The notes below the pieces were generated by a model that ran no database searches, was not told the DNA's origin, and saw nothing but the letters and a program-made list of their open reading frames with translations. The position numbers were made by a program, and so were the translations under genes. DNA of 38,485 bases from an uncultured Enterobacterales bacterium (lineage in GTDB: Bacteria > Pseudomonadota > Gammaproteobacteria > Enterobacterales > GCA-2746155): NCBI GenBank assembly GCA_964559635.1, contig CAZLIR010000001.1, forward strand, positions 1 to 38,485, written 5' to 3'. Shown one piece after another: positions 8,277 to 15,789 of this stretch. Position 1 is the stretch's first letter. Each line of letters begins with the position of its first letter.

Positions 8277-9410
8277 ATGCAAACAATACCAAACGCCAAA
8301 GATGCTGAAATAGCGATTGTTGGAGGTGGACTTGCCGGCCGGCTTTTAGCCTACCGATATATCAGTGAAACGCGCAAAAGCGTCTGTTTGATTGACCCAT
8401 CAAACCAGCGAGAAGATCACATATTTGGCTTCTTTGACGATGGTCGTGACAGCATCAAGCTACCCCGCTCACTCGCCAGTCATTCATTTAATCGCTGGAC
8501 CATCAATAACGCACAGATCCGAACCACACATACCCCCCGTGCTCACTGGTATCGACTGATTTCCGCCTCTGATTATGAGCAACATCTTTTAAACCACTAC
8601 CAGAGCTCCGAGCGATTTACGCTCATCCGTGATTGCGTCGAGAATCAAGAGTGCATGGGTGATATTACGCAGCTTAGATTGCACAGTGGTGCAATAATAG
8701 GTGTAAAGCAATGCTTCGACTCGAGAGCCAATATTGCCAATGGCGATTACCTGATGCAGCACTTTCTCGGACAGTATGTCAGAGTTGAAACACCAACCTT
8801 TAATCCAAACTCCGTTGAGCTGATGAATTTTAGTGTTGATCAGAGTGCGGGCATGCATTTTATGTATGTATTACCGTTCTCAGAAACAGAGGCATTAGTA
8901 GAATCAACGGTGTACTCAACAGAAACTCACGATGCTGATTGGTACAAAGCACATATCACTGAGTTTTTATTGAAGAATTACTCACTAGCTGACTATGAGG
9001 TATATAACACTGAGCAGGGTGTGATCCCCCTGACTTATGATAAACCTCATGACTCATTTGGAACCGCTGTTGGGCTACGTGCGGGGGCATTGCGAACCTC
9101 AAGCGGCTATGCCTTTAGCCAAATTCATGATCAAGTGTATCGCATCAATTTAGGCAATCCGCAAAAGATAGCCAAATCACATACCCAAGTTGAGCGTTGG
9201 ATGGATGACATCCTGCTGCGAGTTTTGAGAAACTATCCCGATATTGCCCCGGCAGTATTTAATAAAATGGCGCAGGTGCTCGATGGTGATCAATTTGCAA
9301 CATTTATGCTGGGTAGGTCACCTTTGTGGGATAAGATTCGATTAATTCTCAGGCTACCGAAACAACCTTTTCTGCACCAGACCTTGCTTGGTAAGAGGAT
9401 GACACAATGA
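8277..9410 (+). CDS. crtY: Lycopene beta-cyclase
   Basis: 377 aa with N-terminal IAIVGGGLAGRLLA. CrtY-type blocks are present: QHFLGQY, FMYVLPF, EQGVIPL, GALRTSSGYAF. Confidence 0.9.
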   Translation: MQTIPNAKDAEIAIVGGGLAGRLLAYRYISETRKSVCLIDPSNQREDHIFGFFDDGRDSIKLPRSLASHSFNRWTINNAQIRTTHTPRAHWYRLISASDYEQHLLNHYQSSERFTLIRDCVENQECMGDITQLRLHSGAIIGVKQCFDSRANIANGDYLMQHFLGQYVRVETPTFNPNSVELMNFSVDQSAGMHFMYVLPFSETEALVESTVYSTETHDADWYKAHITEFLLKNYSLADYEVYNTEQGVIPLTYDKPHDSFGTAVGLRAGALRTSSGYAFSQIHDQVYRINLGNPQKIAKSHTQVERWMDDILLRVLRNYPDIAPAVFNKMAQVLDGDQFATFMLGRSPLWDKIRLILRLPKQPFLHQTLLGKRMTQ

Positions 9411-10201
9411 TCCTCAGCACCTTGATTCCGATAAGTTTAATTCTCATTGCTGGCATGCCACATGGTGCCGCTGACGGAGCACTGGCTGTTTCTCGGTATC
9501 AGGCAACCATGCAACGACTGGCATTTTTTCTGGCCTATATTGGAGCTGCCATTATCGGCTATCTGCTTTGGATGCTGGCACCCACGGCCATGTTGGTGGT
9601 ATTTCTGGTTATGACCGTGTTCCACTTTGGCTCTGGAGATGCACGTTTCTTTAATCACTCCAGCACAGCAAAGTTAGCCGCAATCGCCCATGGTGCGACC
9701 CTGTTGATTTTCATGAGTATTGCGCACCCAACAGAGATATCTCGTCTTATCGCCATACTTATTGGCGCAGAGCAGACTGCCCATGTGGTGATGTTCATGC
9801 AGTGGTCGGTCGTTGTCTGGTCCATTGCCGTGCTGCATACTCTGGTTCAGAGTCAGGAAAAATTGCCGTTTGTGCTAGAAATCGCTGCCATCATTGCGCT
9901 CTCTGTGGTGCTAGAGCCACTATGGAGTTTCTGTATTTACTTTTGCTTAATACATTCAATGCGGCATTTTCGAAACATCTACCCAGTGCTTAAACAGTCT
10001 CGCTACACCACTCATTTGACGATTTTACTAACGCTTTTGGGTCTGGTACTGGTAGCAATACTGTACCTCTTCAGCGAAAATATCGTACTGAGTGATGCAC
10101 TATTTCAATCAACCATAATCGCGTTGTTCATGTTGACCATACCGCACATGATATTCATCGATTATCTTAAACCGGTAAAACGTTATGCAAATGATCGTTA
10201 A
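9407..10201 (+). CDS. blh: Beta-carotene 15,15'-dioxygenase (Brp/Blh family), makes retinal
   Basis: 264-aa polytopic membrane protein with the four conserved His contexts of Blh: GMPHGAADG, VFHFGSGD, LIHSMRHF, IPHMIFID. Its ATG overlaps the crtY stop (ATGA). Confidence 0.85.
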   Translation: MILSTLIPISLILIAGMPHGAADGALAVSRYQATMQRLAFFLAYIGAAIIGYLLWMLAPTAMLVVFLVMTVFHFGSGDARFFNHSSTAKLAAIAHGATLLIFMSIAHPTEISRLIAILIGAEQTAHVVMFMQWSVVVWSIAVLHTLVQSQEKLPFVLEIAAIIALSVVLEPLWSFCIYFCLIHSMRHFRNIYPVLKQSRYTTHLTILLTLLGLVLVAILYLFSENIVLSDALFQSTIIALFMLTIPHMIFIDYLKPVKRYANDR

Positions 10202-11219
10202 TCGCAAGAATCAACATCTTGATTTGGCCGCTGATGACCGGTCACAATCGCAAACAAGCTCAGATTATGACCGGGTAAATTTTGTCCACAATGCACTGCC
10301 GGAATTATCATTAGATACGATCAATAGCTGCTGTGAAATGTGGGGCGCAGAGTTCTCAATACCCTGTATGATCGGTGCCATGTCAGGGGGCACGGGGCGT
10401 GGTGATGCAATGAACGAGGCGCTTGTTCAAGCGGCAGAGAAGGTAAAAATCCCGTTCGCTCTGGGCTCGCAGCGCGCCAGTATCGAATCCGATACAAGCC
10501 AAAAAAGGTTACGACAATTAGGACCTAACGCCTTCATCATCGGTAACTTGGGTGGAGCGCAGATTATCGGACAAAAAGGGCTTGATCTGGCTAGGCGTGC
10601 TGTCGATGATGTTGAAGCCAACGCCCTGATGATCCATTTGAATCCATTACAAGAGGCGATGCAACCAGAGGGTAATACCAACTGGCGCGGCGTGAGTGAT
10701 TCGCTTGAGTCTCTGGTTGAGCAGTTAGACATTCCGATCATCGTAAAAGAAGTCGGTGCCGGACTGTCAGTCAGCGTTATCAAGCGCTTGTATGATCTGG
10801 GGATCCGTACAGTAGAAACAGCGGGTATTGGAGGTACTAATTGGACTCGTATTGAAGCACTACGTCACCAATATGAGGATAATCCACTCAACTGCTACTT
10901 GGAGTGGGGAGTCAGAACCGTTGACACCCTCATAGAACTTAGGCAATGCAGACATGAACTACCAACATTGAATGTTGTTGCTTCAGGGGGTATTCGGCAT
11001 GGTCTGGACTGTGCCAGAGCGCTCTGGCTTGGTGCTGATATGTGCGCCATGGCACAACCGTTTCTACTCGCTGCTCTGGATAAAGAAATGGATGATGCAA
11101 TTGATGCTGTGGCAACATTGGTGTCTGATACGAAAAAACAACTGGAACTGGCCATGTTCCTGACAGGTTGTGCTGATTTAGAAACATTTCGTGAGCAGGC
11201 AGAAGTGGTCATCAAATAG
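10185..11219 (+). CDS. idi: Isopentenyl-diphosphate delta-isomerase, type 2 (FMN-dependent)
   Basis: 344 aa with N-terminal NRKNQHLDLA. TIM-barrel FMN motifs are IIVKEVGAGLS, AGIGGTNW and ASGGIRHGLDCARALWLGAD. It overlaps the blh 3' end by 17 nt. Confidence 0.9.
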   Translation: MQMIVNRKNQHLDLAADDRSQSQTSSDYDRVNFVHNALPELSLDTINSCCEMWGAEFSIPCMIGAMSGGTGRGDAMNEALVQAAEKVKIPFALGSQRASIESDTSQKRLRQLGPNAFIIGNLGGAQIIGQKGLDLARRAVDDVEANALMIHLNPLQEAMQPEGNTNWRGVSDSLESLVEQLDIPIIVKEVGAGLSVSVIKRLYDLGIRTVETAGIGGTNWTRIEALRHQYEDNPLNCYLEWGVRTVDTLIELRQCRHELPTLNVVASGGIRHGLDCARALWLGADMCAMAQPFLLAALDKEMDDAIDAVATLVSDTKKQLELAMFLTGCADLETFREQAEVVIK

Positions 11220-11365
11220 GTTATTTACCTGCGCCCTTAACGACATAGCTCTCGTTAATCAGTCTTATAGAAAGATACTGTTACAAACATCCTTACTCTA
11301 GTCTTTATTTAATTCAACATCATCCCAATATTCATTGATAACTAAAGTATATCGGAGTCAGTCAT

Positions 11366-11989
11366 TTGAAAACGGATGCACAATTTTGGGATGGAGTTTC
11401 AAGCAAATATTCCGCAAAGCCAGTTCCTGATGAATCTATCTATGAACAAAAATTAGCGATCAGTCGCAAATATCTCAAGCCTGATCATCAGGTCATGGAG
11501 TTTGGTTGCGGTACCGGAACAACAGCATTGAAACACGCAGGTGATGTGGAACACATCATTGCTTATGACTTTTCACCCGAGATGATTAAGATTGCAAAAA
11601 GTAAACAAGCGGCGCAGGGCAATGCTGATAATGTTGAATTTAAAATTGCCGCTGTTGAAGATATCGATTTTGGTAACGACCAGTTCGATGCCATCATGGG
11701 ACACAGTATCCTCCATCTTACATTTGACAACGAAGTAACGCTCAAAAAAATATTCAAAGGCTTAAAACCCGGTGGTGTATTTATATCGGGCTCCGGTTGT
11801 CTAAAAGAGATGAACCCACTGATCCGCATGGCTATTCCCATTATGCAGTTTTTTGGTAAGGCACCCGCGGTTAATGCGTTCTCCTCTATCGAATTAGTGA
11901 ACCTTCACACAGCCTGTGGATTTAAGATTGTTGAGCGTTGGGATTATAAAAAAGGCGAACTCTATCTGGTTGCACAAAAGCCTGAATAA
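11366..11989 (+). CDS. Class I SAM-dependent methyltransferase
   Basis: 207 aa with motif I VMEFGCGTGT and post-I/motif II-like AYDFSPEM...FDAIMGHSILH. TTG start with GGAG 9-10 nt upstream. Confidence 0.75.
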   Translation: MKTDAQFWDGVSSKYSAKPVPDESIYEQKLAISRKYLKPDHQVMEFGCGTGTTALKHAGDVEHIIAYDFSPEMIKIAKSKQAAQGNADNVEFKIAAVEDIDFGNDQFDAIMGHSILHLTFDNEVTLKKIFKGLKPGGVFISGSGCLKEMNPLIRMAIPIMQFFGKAPAVNAFSSIELVNLHTACGFKIVERWDYKKGELYLVAQKPE

Positions 11990-12110
11990 TTCGGATAAAA
12001 ACCGAACAATAACTACTGGCGGCTAATCAATATTTGAATGTTGATGTCTGTGGTATAGTCTTATGCGATGTATTAAACACTAATTGCATAATGCCTCAGG
12101 AGGTTAGCCA

Positions 12111-13820
12111 ATGAAAACAGTAGTCTCCATTATCACAATAGCTTTTTTCTTAATATCTTGTAGCGATGAGCCCATTGACTACGCCGATAAAATCTATCAA
12201 AACGGCACGATCATCACGATGGATAATAGTAATCCGCTTGCGGCTGCTCTGGCGACAAAAAATGGCTTAATTCAGGCAGTCGGTACTAAAGAGGCAATTC
12301 AAAAGCTCAAGGGCCCCGAAACTGAGGTGGTCGATCTGGCTGATAAGACGTTAGTGCCAGGCTTTATTGATGCGCATAGTCATTTCGCCGGCGTCGGTGT
12401 GCAATCCATTGTTGCTAACCTGTTACCAGCACCTGATGGCCCGGTGAATAGCATCGAGGATTTACAGCGAGTACTGAAAGAATTTCACCAAAACTCATCA
12501 ATTGCCAAAGACTATGGCGTGATTATTGGTTTTAATTATGATGATTCACAGCTAAAAGAGCAGCGCCATCCAACGCGACAAGAACTTGATGTCGTGAGTA
12601 CCGAATTGCCGGTCGTTGTTATGCATCAATCAGGTCATCTGGGAGCCTATAACTCAAAAGCGCTCGAACTGATGGGGATTACATCTGAGTCCGTCGACCC
12701 TCCCGGCGGCGTGATTGAGCGCGAGGCCGACGGTAAAACACCGAGTGGCGTGATGCAGGAAAATGCCCATTTCATGTTGTTCTTTAAATTACTGCCACAG
12801 TTTAGTGCTGAAGATATGGTGAAATCGTATCAGGCAGGAGAACATAGTTATGTTTCTAATGGTTTTACCACCGTTCAGGAAGGAAAATCTGATCTGGCAA
12901 CATTACAAAGCCTACCGCAAATTGCGGCCGAGGTTGGTTTTAGTATCGATATTATCTCATACCCAGACTTTAAGGTTCTGAGTGACCATGCCATATTGCG
13001 CAGCGATCTGATGTCCAGTGAGTATCAAAATGGTTTTCGAATTGGTGGTGTAAAGCTCACCTTTGATGGCTCGCCTCAGGGTAAGACTGCCTGGTTCACC
13101 GAACCTTATCTGGTCCCGCCAGCTGGTCAGCCAGCTGACTATGCCGGATATCCGGCATTTGAAGATAAGGAGGCCTACGACCTGTTGCAACTGGCTTACC
13201 AAAATAACTGGCAAATCATGGTACACACCAACGGCGATGCAGCGGTTGATCAGTTATTGCAGCTCGTTGGCAAAATAGCGGAAGAAAGGGCGCTTGGTGA
13301 CCATCGCACAGTGATGATCCATGGCCAGTTCACTCGAGAGGATCAGGTTGCGCAACTAAAGGCACTCGGTATTTTTCCGGCACTGTATCCGATGCATACT
13401 TTTTACTGGGGAGATTGGCATCGAGATTCGGTTGCTGGTCCAGAGCGAGCTAATAATATTTCACCTACGGGCTGGATGTTGAGGGAAAACATAAAATTCA
13501 GTGTTCACTCCGACGCGCCTGTGACATTTCCAAACTCAATGCGTCTGCTGGATAGTGTTGTTAATCGCACGACCAGAACAGATCAGGTACTTGGTGAAGA
13601 GCATCGTGTTACACCCATGCAGGCACTCAAAGCCATGACCATATGGCCCGCCTATCAACACTATGAAGAGAAAATTAAAGGATCCTTAGAGGTTGGTAAG
13701 CAGGCAGATTTCGTCATCTTAGACCGCGATCCGCTTACGATTGAGCATCGGGAGCTGAAAAATATCAAAGTACTGCAAACGATCAATAATGATCAACTAA
13801 TCTATGACGCAGATCGTTGA
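12111..13820 (+). CDS. Amidohydrolase-family metal-dependent hydrolase, lipoprotein
   Basis: 569 aa with RBS AGGAGG. The signal peptide has a lipobox (FFLISC). The HxH metal motif GFIDAHSHF is present, followed later by MVHTNGD, MIHGQF and SVHSDAP blocks typical of the Amidohydro_3 family. Confidence 0.75.
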   Translation: MKTVVSIITIAFFLISCSDEPIDYADKIYQNGTIITMDNSNPLAAALATKNGLIQAVGTKEAIQKLKGPETEVVDLADKTLVPGFIDAHSHFAGVGVQSIVANLLPAPDGPVNSIEDLQRVLKEFHQNSSIAKDYGVIIGFNYDDSQLKEQRHPTRQELDVVSTELPVVVMHQSGHLGAYNSKALELMGITSESVDPPGGVIEREADGKTPSGVMQENAHFMLFFKLLPQFSAEDMVKSYQAGEHSYVSNGFTTVQEGKSDLATLQSLPQIAAEVGFSIDIISYPDFKVLSDHAILRSDLMSSEYQNGFRIGGVKLTFDGSPQGKTAWFTEPYLVPPAGQPADYAGYPAFEDKEAYDLLQLAYQNNWQIMVHTNGDAAVDQLLQLVGKIAEERALGDHRTVMIHGQFTREDQVAQLKALGIFPALYPMHTFYWGDWHRDSVAGPERANNISPTGWMLRENIKFSVHSDAPVTFPNSMRLLDSVVNRTTRTDQVLGEEHRVTPMQALKAMTIWPAYQHYEEKIKGSLEVGKQADFVILDRDPLTIEHRELKNIKVLQTINNDQLIYDADR

Positions 13821-13830
13821 GCAACTGGGC

Positions 13831-15126
13831 TCAACTACTTTGGTTTATTTCTTTGGCTGCCCGAATACCCGATTCAAGTGCACCCTGAATCCAGCCCTCG
13901 TAGTTTGAAGCATGTTCGCCGGCAAAATGGATCCGCCCTTCAGGCTCACTCAGTGATGCCTTAAGATTCGATTCCTGACTGTCTGTCGGCGACGCATAGG
14001 CAGCGCCTGTCCACTCCTGCTTACTCCAGGCAAAAACATAATTGTTGACGATATAGTCATCCAAATCAGGCATAACAGTTCGCCAGCGGTTATGCACTGA
14101 TGCCACTTGCTCTTGCGGTGTCATGGAATCAAATACTTCTGCTGCTAATTCTCTGAAATAGCTTTGTATAATCCCGCCATTACCGGTTTGATTCCAGGTG
14201 GGTTGCCATACCTCCTCAAATTCCGTATTTCCCCAACCATTGAGGTTGTCGAATTGCCAGAAGCGCTCAGAAAATTGGGTGTATAAACGCGAAGATTCAA
14301 CGTAGTTATACCCACCATTGCTCGCCACTTGTTTGTCACTGGACAAGGCTGGTTGGAATTCGATTTTGTTAAGTACCGGAACAGGCACTGTGCATAATAC
14401 CCGATCAGCAACATATATCTCATCATCAGCCGTTGTGACCGTTACGCCGTTATCGTCTTGCTGAATTAAAGTAGCAGCCACTGAGAATTCAATCTTGGAT
14501 AACATCACATCACGCATTGCGTTAGGTAAGCCAGACATACCTCCAACAATTTTTTGGTAGGCATTACGATTCACAGAGCCAGGCCAGGGTGGTTGACTAA
14601 TATACTCGGCAGCATTAATTCTCTGAACCTGATTGCCCACTAAGTCAAAATAATCACCAGAAGTTGAATAAAACGGCTCAAGTGACAGACCAAAATGCTC
14701 GGCATAATCGAGTGTGTATTGATGATTTGAGGGGATCCGCGATGCTCCAGATTCAGTAAATTGTCCCTCCGCAAATGGTGAAAAAAGTGTATTCACTCGT
14801 CCACCGACCCGGTCTCGGGCTTCTAAAATAGTCACCTCATGACCGACTTGTGATAACTCATAAGCGGCTACCAAACCGGCCATCCCAGCACCAATAATGA
14901 CAATACTCTGAACACCATTGCCTGTGGTGAGTACCTGACCCGGACGATCAGTTGTCGTTGGTGGTGGCGGAGGAGGCTCGGGATTAACCTGTGATGAACC
15001 GCCACAGCCATATAGAGATAGGGCCGTTGAAGTTAATAATGACTTGGCAATAAATTGTCGGCGATTTAGATTGTTAGATCTAATTCGGGCTCGAGGGTGT
15101 TTTATAAAAGAGTCACTCACACACAC
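13831..15126 (-). CDS. Flavin-containing amine oxidase / L-amino-acid-oxidase-like, Tat-signal lipoprotein
   Basis: 431 aa with a twin-arginine motif NRRQFIAKS followed by the lipobox-like SLYGC. A poly-Pro linker (PEPPPPPPTT) follows. FAD fold IVIIGAGMAGLVAAYEL...ILEARDRVGGR and C-terminal FAGEH are present. GTG start. Confidence 0.75.
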   Translation of the reverse strand: MCVSDSFIKHPRARIRSNNLNRRQFIAKSLLTSTALSLYGCGGSSQVNPEPPPPPPTTTDRPGQVLTTGNGVQSIVIIGAGMAGLVAAYELSQVGHEVTILEARDRVGGRVNTLFSPFAEGQFTESGASRIPSNHQYTLDYAEHFGLSLEPFYSTSGDYFDLVGNQVQRINAAEYISQPPWPGSVNRNAYQKIVGGMSGLPNAMRDVMLSKIEFSVAATLIQQDDNGVTVTTADDEIYVADRVLCTVPVPVLNKIEFQPALSSDKQVASNGGYNYVESSRLYTQFSERFWQFDNLNGWGNTEFEEVWQPTWNQTGNGGIIQSYFRELAAEVFDSMTPQEQVASVHNRWRTVMPDLDDYIVNNYVFAWSKQEWTGAAYASPTDSQESNLKASLSEPEGRIHFAGEHASNYEGWIQGALESGIRAAKEINQSS

Positions 15127-15256
15127 AATCTACCGAATATATGCATAGTTATCCAACCTTTGATTGTTACAAAAGGTATGTCTTCGGTTAGTCATGGAGT
15201 TGAATAAACAACAAGTTGTCCTATCCTTTAATAAGTATTTTTCGTGGAGGTATAGA

Positions 15257-15745
15257 GTGTTTACTAAACAAAAAGGTTTCACATTAATCGAAGTGATGGT
15301 CACAGTAGTGATTGTTGCGGTGTTAGTAGCGATTGCATTACCCATGTACCAAAATTACCGTGTACGTGCAGTAGTGTCCGAGGCATTGGTATTCGCCGAG
15401 GAACAAAGAATCCGCGTTGAAGAATACTACGAATCAACCAGCCAAATGCCTCAGGATGCAGCGCAAGCGGGCATAACGCAATATCCAGGAATTCATTTAA
15501 TTAGCCAGGTAAGGTGGAATCCCGGTGTTGTTGGCCAGCCGAGCATTGATAAGGCGAAGGTAGGCCAGCTATCAATCGTGATGGACCTGACAGATTATGG
15601 CTATGACGGCGAATATATTTTTACACTAGTTTTAGTAGCTGAAGCAAAATCAGGTGGCCAACTTCATTGGCGCTGCACTAATGCTTCGCCAAATTCCCCG
15701 AGAGTCGCAGATAAACATTTACCGCACAGTTGTCGCGGTAATTAA
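15257..15745 (+). CDS. Type IV (IVa-like) pilin
   Basis: Prepilin leader and cleavage motif (M)FTKQKG/FTLIEVMVTVVIVAVLVAIALPMY with Glu+5. A C-terminal Cys pair is present (WRC...HSC). I place the start at GTG 15257, preceded by GGAGG at 15246-15250. The track ORF start at 15164 adds 31 implausible residues. Confidence 0.85.
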   Translation: MFTKQKGFTLIEVMVTVVIVAVLVAIALPMYQNYRVRAVVSEALVFAEEQRIRVEEYYESTSQMPQDAAQAGITQYPGIHLISQVRWNPGVVGQPSIDKAKVGQLSIVMDLTDYGYDGEYIFTLVLVAEAKSGGQLHWRCTNASPNSPRVADKHLPHSCRGN

Positions 15746-15789
15746 GCACTCGAACTTATCACCCAAGCTCAGGAAACCAAAACTTTTTC

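Noticed and set aside
10427-11215. The track lists antisense ORFs of 118, 106 and 82 aa inside idi. Similar shadow ORFs occur at 5906-6208, 8589-8858, 12957-13226, 14145-14426, 21199-21468, 31798-32100, 35039-35359 and 36343-36678.
   Set aside because: Each lies entirely within, and antisense or out of frame to, a long ORF with strong family motifs. Their compositions are low-complexity or Ser/Arg/Cys-rich, and I recognised no RBS or motif. They are typical shadow ORFs.
15164-15256. The track gives the pilin ORF a 31-codon N-terminal extension.
   Set aside because: Type IV prepilin leaders are short and end in Gly immediately before FTLIE. GTG 15257 with GGAGG upstream gives the canonical 7-residue leader, and the extension has no signal-like features.
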